A stretch of 64,000 bases of DNA from Candidatus Saccharimonadia bacterium (lineage in GTDB: Bacteria > Patescibacteriota > Saccharimonadia > UBA4664). This document shows, in pieces, positions 26,382-34,655 of this stretch. The stretch spans positions 3,298 through 67,297 of the forward strand of contig JBBRSS010000003.1 in NCBI GenBank assembly GCA_038245115.1. Direction: 5' to 3'. A program made the position numbers and the translations under genes. Every line of letters begins with the position of its first letter. The first letter of the stretch is position 1. Under the pieces are notes generated by a model, which saw only the letters and a list, made by a program, of their open reading frames with translations, had not been told where the DNA came from and ran no database searches.

Positions 26382-26693
26382 CTAGACTGCCGAGACACCC
26401 CAGGTGCGCAGCTGGTCAACGATTGTGGATAACGAGTGGCCCTTATCGGTCAGGCAGTACATCGGGTGCGCCTCGCCGGCACTGCAATCGCGCTTAAGCA
26501 CACCATCGTGTTCGAGTTCCTTGAGCCTGATGGCCAGAGTGCGCGGCGAAATGCCCTCCAGAGAGCGTTCAAGCTCGCCAAAGCGACGGGGTTTATCGAG
26601 TAAATCCCGAATTATCAGCAATGTCCACTTGGCTCCAATGATTTCGAGAGCCTTGGTGATGCCGCAACTTTTAGTTTTTTCGACTGCATACAT
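26382..26693 (-). CDS. HxlR-family winged-helix transcriptional regulator
   Basis: IIGAKWTLLIIRDL...RFGELERSLEGISPRTLAIRLKELEHDGVL is the HxlR signature. Confidence 0.8.
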   Translation of the reverse strand: MYAVEKTKSCGITKALEIIGAKWTLLIIRDLLDKPRRFGELERSLEGISPRTLAIRLKELEHDGVLKRDCSAGEAHPMYCLTDKGHSLSTIVDQLRTWGVSAV

Positions 26694-26716
26694 GCAGGCA
26701 TTATAGCACTTTACTT

Positions 26717-26738
26717 AGTATAGTAAAATCGCTATACT
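26717..26738. promoter_or_regulatory. Inverted repeat AGTATAG-N8-CTATACT in the HxlR/FMN-reductase divergent intergenic region, flanked by a TTATAGCA direct repeat
   Basis: Seen directly in sequence; candidate HxlR operator. Confidence 0.3.
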
Positions 26739-26767
26739 CTTTATAGCAATAACCATATGGGGAATAG

Positions 26768-27360
26768 ATGAAAATACAGATCGTGATAGGAAGTACGCGC
26801 ACCGGCCGCATTGCCGAGCGAGTCGCTAAATGGGTGGCGAATTCCGCTACCGGGCAGCCGAATTTCGAGGTCGAATTGGTTGATTTGGCCAATTATGACA
26901 TGCCATATTTCGACGAAGCTATCAGTCCGCAGTTCAACCGCGATCGTCAGCCTAGCCAGCGGTTAAGCAGTTCTTGGATAAGGTTTCTGAGGCGGATGGT
27001 TACGTAATTGTGACCCCGGAATACAACTATTCGGTTCCCGCTGTGCTCAAGAATGCGCTCGATAACTTGGCCTTTGAAATGGCCAAAAAACCCGTCGCTA
27101 TAGTTTCTTACGGCAGCGTGGGTGGGGCCCGGGCCGCCGAGCATCTCAAGACCATCTTGTTTGCGGTGAAGGCCGTGACGGTCCCAATGGCGCTGGCCGT
27201 AATTGGACCCCAGTCCATCGTTGATGCCGATGGCAATTTTACCGGTGACACTTCGAGTCCATACGGCCCAGATAAGCGTTTAATGATTTTGCTGGGTGAA
27301 CTGGCTTGGTACGCGAACACTCTCAAAGCTGGCCGTGAAACTCCCGCCGGCGTTAAATAA
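26768..27360 (+). pseudogene. NAD(P)H-dependent FMN reductase (flavodoxin-like), frameshifted
   Basis: The N-terminal part (MKIQIVIGSTRTGRIAERV...) and C-terminal part (...PAVKQFLDKVSEADGYVIVTPEYNYSVPAVLKNALD) lie in different frames; the switch is near 26950-26960, where TAG interrupts the second frame. Confidence 0.6.
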
Positions 27361-27424
27361 CGCGACTACTGCCCTCACAGCCTCAATACTTGGCACGGGC
27401 GCAACCTCACCGTATACTGGTGGC

Positions 27425-27715
27425 ATGTCAAACATTGGTGTCACAGAGGTTGAGCGCGTCGCAAAGTTGGCGCGCATTGGTTTGAGCCCGGAAGAAGCTT
27501 CCCGCTTGTCGGTTGAGCTGGGCCAAATCGTGGGCTTTGTCGAACAACTTGCCGGCGTAGACGTGGAGGGGGTTGCCCCCACCGACCAGGTTACCGGTCT
27601 GGTCGACGTCTGGCGCGAAGACGTGGTAGTGCCTAGCCTGCCGCGCGAGGAATTGCTCGCCAACGCGCCCGCCCAGCAAGACGGCTACATTGTGGTTAAA
27701 CGGGTGCTGGGTTAA
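27425..27715 (+). CDS. gatC: Glutamyl/aspartyl-tRNA amidotransferase subunit C
   Basis: MSNIGVTEVERVAKLARIGLSPEEASRL is a GatC-like start; ~96 aa; precedes gatA with stop/start overlap. Confidence 0.8.
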   Translation: MSNIGVTEVERVAKLARIGLSPEEASRLSVELGQIVGFVEQLAGVDVEGVAPTDQVTGLVDVWREDVVVPSLPREELLANAPAQQDGYIVVKRVLG

Positions 27716-29148
27716 TGGATCTCAAGCGCCCCATTGCCGATCTGGTCGCCGAAGTTCGCGCCGGTAAACTCACCGCAACTGGTCTGGTGGCGGCCAGTTT
27801 GGCGCGCATTGCCGCCACCGACTCGTATCACGCCTTGCTCGAGCTTAATCCTCAGGCCGCTCACGACGCCGAGGTGGTGGACGCGCGAATAGCCGCCGGC
27901 GAGGATTTACCGCTGGCCGGCATCCCCTTTATTGCCAAGGACAACTTTCTAACAGCAGACACCCACACCACGGCCGCCAGTAACATTTTGAAGCCGTTTC
28001 GGGCGCCCTACGAGGGCCCGGCCATTAGTCGCCTCAAGGCCGCCGGCGCCGTGCTGGTCGCCAAGGCCAACCTGGACGCCTTTGCTCACGGTTCCTCCAC
28101 CGAAAACTCGGATTTTGGCCCCACCAAGAACCCCGTTGACCCCACTAAGGTCCCCGGAGGCAGTTCGGGTGGTTCGGCGGCGGCCGTGGCCCTCGGCCAG
28201 GCTTGCTTTGCCGTGGGTACCGACACCGGCGGCTCCATCCGTCTGCCTGCCAGCTATTGCGGCGTCGTAGGCCTCAAGCCCACCTATGGCCTCATCCCTC
28301 GCACCGGAGTAGTGGCCATGGGCAGCTCCACCGACGTTATCGGCCCGCTCACCAATAGCGTTGCCGATTCGGCCCTGGTGCTCGACGTGCTAGCTGGTCG
28401 TGATGCTTCCGACGCCACCAGTATTGAGCGCGACCCGAAGACTTACGTCACTAGCAGTGGCGACCTCGCCGGCACTCGCATCGGCCTCATCAAAGAGTAT
28501 CTCGGCGCCGGACTCGACTCGCAGATCAAAGATCAGATCCTTGCCATGGTGGACCGTCTCGAAGCCCGCGGCGCCAAAGTCGAAGAGGTAAGCCTGCCCG
28601 CCACCGAATTGGCCCTCGCCGCCTACTACATCCTCGTACCGGCCGAAGTCTCGAGCAACTTGGCTCGCTACGACGGCGTGCGCTACGGTCACAGCGCGGC
28701 GGGCGCTACCGATCTGGAACAAACCTATCGCCTCAGCCGCGAAGAAGGCTTCGGTGCCGAGGCCAAACGCCGCATCATTATCGGCACCTACGTGCTCTCG
28801 AGTGGCTACTACGACGCTTACTACAAGCGAGCACAAAAAGTCCGCACCAAGCTAGTCGAAGAATTCACGGCTGCCTTTGATAAGTATGATCTACTCCTCG
28901 GGCCTACCGCCCCCACCCCGGCCTTTGATCTTGGCGCCAACTCTCAGGACCCGCTGGCGATGTATCTCAACGACGTCATGACTGTCGCCGTCAACCTCGT
29001 CGGTGTGCCCGCCATCTCAATCCCACTCGGCACCGTTGATAAACTCCCGGTCGGTTTGCAGCTCATTGCCCCTCAACGCGCCGAACGAAATCTATTTGCC
29101 GCCGCCACCGCTGCTGAGGCCATCATTGGCGATTGGAGAGCGCGTTAA
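27715..29148 (+). CDS. gatA: Glutamyl/aspartyl-tRNA amidotransferase subunit A (amidase signature)
   Basis: Amidase signature region (GGSSGGSAAAVA, GTDTGGSIR); 477 aa. Confidence 0.95.
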   Translation: MDLKRPIADLVAEVRAGKLTATGLVAASLARIAATDSYHALLELNPQAAHDAEVVDARIAAGEDLPLAGIPFIAKDNFLTADTHTTAASNILKPFRAPYEGPAISRLKAAGAVLVAKANLDAFAHGSSTENSDFGPTKNPVDPTKVPGGSSGGSAAAVALGQACFAVGTDTGGSIRLPASYCGVVGLKPTYGLIPRTGVVAMGSSTDVIGPLTNSVADSALVLDVLAGRDASDATSIERDPKTYVTSSGDLAGTRIGLIKEYLGAGLDSQIKDQILAMVDRLEARGAKVEEVSLPATELALAAYYILVPAEVSSNLARYDGVRYGHSAAGATDLEQTYRLSREEGFGAEAKRRIIIGTYVLSSGYYDAYYKRAQKVRTKLVEEFTAAFDKYDLLLGPTAPTPAFDLGANSQDPLAMYLNDVMTVAVNLVGVPAISIPLGTVDKLPVGLQLIAPQRAERNLFAAATAAEAIIGDWRAR

Positions 29149-29600
29149 TGTTTGCCTACCTGATTATTATCTTGGTTGGCGCTCTCATTTTATACGCCGT
29201 CGTCGAGAGCGGCAGTCGTAAGGGCAAGGGTCGCCGCAACACCCGTCCCGTGGCTTCCTCGCGCGGCTACCGCGGTGCTATCGATCAGTCCGAAATCAAA
29301 GCGCGTTGGGCGACCATTATGGCTACCTCCGGCACCGGCGCCAGCGGCCTCAAAAGCTCCCTTAACGAGGCCGATAAGCTCCTGGACCACGTCATGAAGC
29401 AAGCCGGCTATTCCGGCGAAAAAATGGCCGAACGTCTCAAGTTGGCCGGTCCTCGTTTCACCGATAATAACGCCGTTTGGCGCGCCCATAAACTCCGCAA
29501 CGCCCTTGCCCACGAAATCGGCTTCGACCTCGTGCCCAGCCAGGTCAAACAGGCCCTGCACGACTTCGAACAAGCCCTCAAAGATTTGCAGGCACTATAG
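29148..29600 (+). CDS. Membrane-anchored protein with C-terminal Rx4H (HEPN-like) motif
   Basis: TAATG overlap with the gatA stop; N-terminal TM helix; AHKLRNALAHEIGF contains R-x4-H as in HEPN/HepT-type RNase motifs (inference). Confidence 0.4.
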   Translation: MFAYLIIILVGALILYAVVESGSRKGKGRRNTRPVASSRGYRGAIDQSEIKARWATIMATSGTGASGLKSSLNEADKLLDHVMKQAGYSGEKMAERLKLAGPRFTDNNAVWRAHKLRNALAHEIGFDLVPSQVKQALHDFEQALKDLQAL

Positions 29601-30074
29601 ATGAGTAAAGTTATTGAACCCGGCGAAAAACACTATACGGCTGGGGCCGTTGTGATTAGCGACTCGCTTCCCGCCAAAGCTCTACTGCTCCACCATCTCA
29701 AATTAGATTACTGGCTACCTCCGGGCGGGCATCAGGAGTCTCATGAAAACCCCGCGGAGACCGCTGTCCGCGAGACACTGGAAGAAACCGGTATTGATAT
29801 CAGTACGTACATTGCGCCGACCAAGCCATTCGATGGACGCGTCAAGACTCTGCCTCCAGCCGATTATTTCCTTGAGGAGTCTATTCCCGCCTACGGCGAT
29901 CAATCAGCTCATTACCACCTCGACCAGATTTACGTCGTGAAGGTCCCCGAACAAGTGGTTCAGCTTGAAGCCGCTAAAGCCCACGACATCGGTTGGTTTA
30001 CCCTCGAAGAAACCGAAAAGCTCAACACTTTCGACAATGTCCACATGATTTTACGCAAGGAATTAGCAGCATGA
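29601..30074 (+). CDS. NUDIX hydrolase
   Basis: Nudix box GGHQESHENPAETAVRETLEETGI (G-x5-E-x7-REUxEExGU). Confidence 0.8.
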   Translation: MSKVIEPGEKHYTAGAVVISDSLPAKALLLHHLKLDYWLPPGGHQESHENPAETAVRETLEETGIDISTYIAPTKPFDGRVKTLPPADYFLEESIPAYGDQSAHYHLDQIYVVKVPEQVVQLEAAKAHDIGWFTLEETEKLNTFDNVHMILRKELAA

Positions 30075-30631
30075 ATCCCAAGATCAAATTGGCTCATCCA
30101 TACACGTACGGCAAGGGCTACATCATGCTCGATGTCCAGCTCACGGGCTTGCCCAGTACTCTGGAGTTAACGGGAACTACATACCAGGTAACGCCGGAGC
30201 TTCATTGCAGTCTGATAGCGACCAAAAAAATTGTCCCCCAGTTGGCAGAACTTGAAGGTATTTCCGCAACCGAGGCCGAGACCAAGGTCACTCAGCTCGC
30301 TTCCCAGATTATCAACGATATCAACCCATCCCTTCGCATTATCGGTCCAGAATTGCGTATCGCCGATCAGCCCGAACGAGACCGACGGACTATTGTGGTA
30401 ATGACAGAAGTAACCGGCCTAGCAGAGGTATTCCGTCGTCTGAATGAACAACTACCCTTAAACGTGCCTACCCAAACCACTCACATTGCCCTTTATGCGC
30501 TTAACGGGCTGCCCATCGGTATTACCAGTGCAAGTGAGCTCGCGGAATGGACTCGGCCATTAACCCACGAAGAGTCTGCTCAGTTTAACCGGCAGATCGA
30601 CGTAGGAAATATATTTGGAGTTCAGCTATGA
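30071..30631 (+). CDS. Hypothetical protein (possible 2H-phosphoesterase-like H-x-S/T-x motifs)
   Basis: ATGA overlaps on both sides; LHCSL near residue 45 and HIAL near residue 148 loosely recall the two 2H motifs (weak). Confidence 0.35.
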   Translation: MNPKIKLAHPYTYGKGYIMLDVQLTGLPSTLELTGTTYQVTPELHCSLIATKKIVPQLAELEGISATEAETKVTQLASQIINDINPSLRIIGPELRIADQPERDRRTIVVMTEVTGLAEVFRRLNEQLPLNVPTQTTHIALYALNGLPIGITSASELAEWTRPLTHEESAQFNRQIDVGNIFGVQL

Positions 30632-31284
30632 ATCCCGATCTTCGCGAAAAACTAGATAAATATCTCGATGAGGACTCCGACTTTCGCCAGGTCTATGACT
30701 ACACGAAGCAGCGCTTTGATGCCGCCCCGCATCTCACGGGACACAATTTCGAACATGCGCGACGCGATACTATCAACTCAATAGCAATCGGCGAACCCGA
30801 AGGTGCCGATATGACAATCGTTTTGTGCTCTGCCGTGATGCACGATATTGGTTTTCTGTATGGCGCTCATCGCAGCGTTCATGGCGAGATTGGTGCAGAA
30901 AAACTATCCGAGTTTCTAAATGATGGTGGGATCGATCTGGAGTCCGCGAAGTTGGAGCGGATTGCCGAATGTATTCGCACACACAAGGGTGTTACTCACG
31001 GCATATCTCCGGTTAGTCTGGAGGCAAAGGTTGTCGCCGACGCCGACCTGCTCGATAAATTCGGCCCCGTTGGGCTCTATCAGACCATCTTATCATTTGG
31101 GGAATTGGGCTTTGTACCTCAGGATGTTATCAGACGTATGTTTGGCCGTACTCACCTGCAGTTTGAGACATCGACCGGGACTAGCCTGGGATCAGGCTTA
31201 CAATCATATAATCAGGAGTTCGCCGAGTCGCTCGAGCGAGCCTATGCGCCATATGGCTTTGATGTACCGAAGGAGAAAGTATGA
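30628..31284 (+). CDS. HD-domain phosphohydrolase
   Basis: H...HD...H...D pattern (HNFEHARRD, VMHDIGF, DADLLDKFG); overlaps neighbours by 4 nt. Confidence 0.75.
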   Translation: MNPDLREKLDKYLDEDSDFRQVYDYTKQRFDAAPHLTGHNFEHARRDTINSIAIGEPEGADMTIVLCSAVMHDIGFLYGAHRSVHGEIGAEKLSEFLNDGGIDLESAKLERIAECIRTHKGVTHGISPVSLEAKVVADADLLDKFGPVGLYQTILSFGELGFVPQDVIRRMFGRTHLQFETSTGTSLGSGLQSYNQEFAESLERAYAPYGFDVPKEKV

Positions 31285-32735
31285 ACCCCGAACTCCGAGC
31301 CAAATACGAAGTTGTCATTGGTATCGAATGCCACGTACAGCTGGCCACAAAGTCCAAGCTGTTCTGTGCCTGCGATAATGATTCGCGCGATGCTGAGCCC
31401 AACACGCACGTTTGCCCCATCTGTTTCGGCATGCCGGGTACGCTGCCGGTGCTCAACAAGCGCGCCGTGGAGCTAGCCCTGCGCATGGGTCTGGCGCTGA
31501 ACGCCGAATACCCCGACAATCTCCACACCAAATTCGACCGCAAAAACTACTTCTACCCCGACTCGCCTAAGGGCTATCAAATTACTCAGTTCGACGAGCC
31601 CATTGTGCCTGGCGGGCACGTGGAATTCCCGTTAGATGGCGAGCTTAAGCGTGTTGGAATAACCCGTGCGCACCTCGAGGGCGACGCCGGCAAGCTGACT
31701 CATCCCGACAACAAAGACTACTCTCTTGTCGACCTCAACCGCGCCGAAACACCCTTGCTCGAAATAGTCTCCGAGCCCGATATGCGCAGCTCCGCCGAAG
31801 CCAAGGCTTACGCCAAAGAACTATTTAACTTGGCGCGCTACGCCGACGTCAGTGATGCCAACCTGTACTACGGTAATATGCGTTTCGACGTTAACGTAAG
31901 CGTCATGGAAAAAGGCTCCACAACGTTTGGTACCCGCTCCGAAACCAAGAATCTCAACAGTTTTCAGTCCATCGAAAAATCTATCGAGTATGAAACCCGT
32001 CGTCAGATCGTGGCCGTCGAAAACGGCGAACGCATCCGCCAAGAAACCCGTGGCTGGAACGAGGCAAAAGGGGAGACCTACTCCATGCGCTCCAAAGAGG
32101 ACGCCGATGAATACCGCTACTTCCCCGAACCCGACCTGCCGCCACTCGTAATCACCCGCGCCATGGTCGAAGAACAACGCAACGAACTTGGGCTACTCCC
32201 CGCCGACTTGCGCTCCGAGCTTACTGCCGCTGGTCTGCCGGTCGCGGAGGCCCAGGTCCTCGTGGCCGATCCCGACGCCGCCATCTTCTGGCACCACGTC
32301 GTGAACCTCGACCCCCAACAGGCCCGCTTTGCCTTCACCTGGCTCATCGGCGACCGCGTGAAGCTGGCCGACACCACCGCTACCACTATTACCGCCAGTG
32401 CCCTCGACCCGGCCGCCCTCGTTGGCACCGGCCAGATGCTCGCCGGCGGCAAGCTCAGCTCATCCAACGCCAAAGCCCTCCTGGCCGACCTCTGGCTGGC
32501 CGCCGCCGACCCGCTGGTACGCGCCACGGAGCTGGGGCTACTTCAGCAATCCGACGCCGCCGAGCTGGGCAAGATAGTCGACGAAGTTATCGCAGCCAAC
32601 CCCCAGGCCGTAGCAGACTATAAGGCCGGCAACGCCCGCGCCTTCGGTGCCCTCGTAGGCCAATCCATGAAAGCCACCCAGGGCAAGGGCAACCCTCCCG
32701 TAATCAACCAGCTTCTCAAGGACCGCCTTGACTAG
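31281..32735 (+). CDS. gatB: Glutamyl/aspartyl-tRNA amidotransferase subunit B
   Basis: VIGIECHVQL start, GatB/YqeY C-terminal domain, 484 aa. Confidence 0.95.
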   Translation: MNPELRAKYEVVIGIECHVQLATKSKLFCACDNDSRDAEPNTHVCPICFGMPGTLPVLNKRAVELALRMGLALNAEYPDNLHTKFDRKNYFYPDSPKGYQITQFDEPIVPGGHVEFPLDGELKRVGITRAHLEGDAGKLTHPDNKDYSLVDLNRAETPLLEIVSEPDMRSSAEAKAYAKELFNLARYADVSDANLYYGNMRFDVNVSVMEKGSTTFGTRSETKNLNSFQSIEKSIEYETRRQIVAVENGERIRQETRGWNEAKGETYSMRSKEDADEYRYFPEPDLPPLVITRAMVEEQRNELGLLPADLRSELTAAGLPVAEAQVLVADPDAAIFWHHVVNLDPQQARFAFTWLIGDRVKLADTTATTITASALDPAALVGTGQMLAGGKLSSSNAKALLADLWLAAADPLVRATELGLLQQSDAAELGKIVDEVIAANPQAVADYKAGNARAFGALVGQSMKATQGKGNPPVINQLLKDRLD

Positions 32736-32788
32736 TTCGTAGCCAGTTTTTCCCCGTTCTAAAACGTGCTAAACTAAGGTTAAGCATT

Positions 32789-33445
32789 ATGGCTTTATTT
32801 GAACTAAATACTACTTTCGTAGACCATATCTTAAATATTGGTAAGGGCCTTCAGGCCGACTTGCCAGTCTTTATGTTTGACCTGCTCGTGGGCATTTTAG
32901 TGATTCGGATATCAGTTCGTGTATTACGAACCGTGCTCAAGCTCACGCACATCCAGATTGGGCTGCGCTATGTTCTGACCTCGATAATCGAAACATTCTT
33001 GTGGATATTCCTAAGCATAACCCTCTTGAACGAGCTCGGTTTCAAGGATGTTTTGCTGCCCTTTGCCGGCTCGATTGCCTTTATCGGCTTCGCTATGGCC
33101 GCTGGTGGCTCAACCCTGCTGTCCGACATTATCGCCGCCATTTTCCTGGCCCGAGATCATGATTTCAACGTTGGTGATGAGGTAATTGTCGGCGAACCGG
33201 TGGCCCAGGGGGTTATCGAGCGTATGGATGCCCGCCGCACCCGACTACGCGACAAAAAAGGCCGGCTGCATGTAATCCCCAACTCGTTGGTCGAGCGCAA
33301 GGAGTGGGTGGTAGTTTCGCGCAGTAGCGAAATAACCGTCATGGCAAAGGCTGCCAATACCGCCAAGCGGCTTGGCACCAAAGCGTTAGAAAAACGCCCA
33401 ACATTTTCCGCAAAGAAGAAGCAGCTTCGTAATAATGAACAATAG
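32789..33445 (+). CDS. Small-conductance mechanosensitive channel (MscS family)
   Basis: 3 TM helices then the MscS beta-domain (DHDFNVGDEVIVGEPVAQGVIERMDARRTRLRDKKGRLHVIPNS). Confidence 0.75.
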   Translation: MALFELNTTFVDHILNIGKGLQADLPVFMFDLLVGILVIRISVRVLRTVLKLTHIQIGLRYVLTSIIETFLWIFLSITLLNELGFKDVLLPFAGSIAFIGFAMAAGGSTLLSDIIAAIFLARDHDFNVGDEVIVGEPVAQGVIERMDARRTRLRDKKGRLHVIPNSLVERKEWVVVSRSSEITVMAKAANTAKRLGTKALEKRPTFSAKKKQLRNNEQ

Positions 33446-33510
33446 CCACCCGGTTTACGGGCTGTATGATTGGAATGTATTATAAGAACAATTAACAACG
33501 AGCGTCCACG

Positions 33511-33774
33511 ATGAACAATGTTGAATTTGCCCTAGTTGTCCTACTGAGTGTAGGGTTTTTGATTCTCATTGTCCTCAGCATCATTCTGGTGAGTTTAATG
33601 CTGGCGATTATGAAAAATATTAAGCGCATATCGGAGCGAGCTGAATCTGCTACCGAAAACGTTGCCGGCATCGCAGAGACTATTAGCCGTAACCTAGCGC
33701 CTCTGGCAGCCTCAGGGATACTGGGTATGGTGGTAAAAAAGTTTACGGGTAAACGCAAATCGAAAGGAAACTAA
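33511..33774 (+). CDS. Small membrane protein (DUF948-like)
   Basis: N-terminal TM helix plus a coiled C-terminus; precedes a YtxH-like gene as in Firmicute stress loci. Confidence 0.4.
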   Translation: MNNVEFALVVLLSVGFLILIVLSIILVSLMLAIMKNIKRISERAESATENVAGIAETISRNLAPLAASGILGMVVKKFTGKRKSKGN

Positions 33775-33777
33775 TTA

Positions 33778-34284
33778 ATGGCTCACGCTAGTAAAGAAGA
33801 AGGGATTAGTAGTATGAAGAAAGTATCATTTTTGAAGGGCACAGTCATTGGAGCAATCGCCGGGGCCTTGGCCGGAATCTTGTTGGCGCCCAAAAGCGGC
33901 AAAGAGACTCAGGATGACATCAAGCGCAAAGTAAAAGGTACTTACGAGGACATTCAGCGTCGGCTTGAGACCATGAGCAGTGAAGTGTCTGGCCGCGTTG
34001 ACAATCTTAAGGAAGCTGCCAAAGATCTCAAGGGCGAGGCCCGCGAAGAGAGTCAAGAGCTCATTCACCGTGCCGAAGTACTGAAGCAAGACCTGCAAAT
34101 TTCCGCTACCAACCTCGCCAAAAGTGGTGCTCAAACCAAAGACGTCGCAGTGAAGCAGGTAAAGCAGCTGTTGAACGAGGGTGCCTCTGTGATGACCGAG
34201 CTCGAGCGAGTGACCCGCCAGTTGGCCGGATCAGCCAAGACTAAGGTTCAGGATGCTGCTACCAACGACGGCAAAGATAGCTAA
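33778..34284 (+). CDS. YtxH-domain protein
   Basis: GAIAGALAGILLAPKSGKETQDDIKRKV is the YtxH signature; an alternative start is M13 at 33814. Confidence 0.55.
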   Translation: MAHASKEEGISSMKKVSFLKGTVIGAIAGALAGILLAPKSGKETQDDIKRKVKGTYEDIQRRLETMSSEVSGRVDNLKEAAKDLKGEAREESQELIHRAEVLKQDLQISATNLAKSGAQTKDVAVKQVKQLLNEGASVMTELERVTRQLAGSAKTKVQDAATNDGKDS

Positions 34285-34578
34285 ATGATTCAGTCTCGGC
34301 CCGATGCAAATGCCAAACGCAGCGGCGTTAACTACGAGCGTCTAGGTAAGGCCGTGGAAGATGCGCTGATATTGGACTATATTTACGTCTTACACAGCAC
34401 TAAGCGCCAGATCTGGAGCTCGTTCGTCCGCGGCTTGTTTGCGGGTATGGGGGGTGTTTTGGGGGCTACACTGGGGATTGCTGCTCTGGTGGCCATCCTT
34501 CAGGTCTTCGGCGGCACTCCTGTGATTGGCCAGTTCTTCAAGGATGTCGGCCAAACCATCGAAAATCGAAGCCACTAG
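34285..34578 (+). CDS. Small membrane protein, unknown function
   Basis: Start abuts the YtxH stop; a C-terminal hydrophobic helix pair. Confidence 0.4.
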   Translation: MIQSRPDANAKRSGVNYERLGKAVEDALILDYIYVLHSTKRQIWSSFVRGLFAGMGGVLGATLGIAALVAILQVFGGTPVIGQFFKDVGQTIENRSH

Positions 34579-34655
34579 AGGTCGTTAAAATCTAGCGTAG
34601 CGCCTATGCTACGATGGTATGTATCAGATAGTGCTTGAGGGGAGTTTGTTAACGC

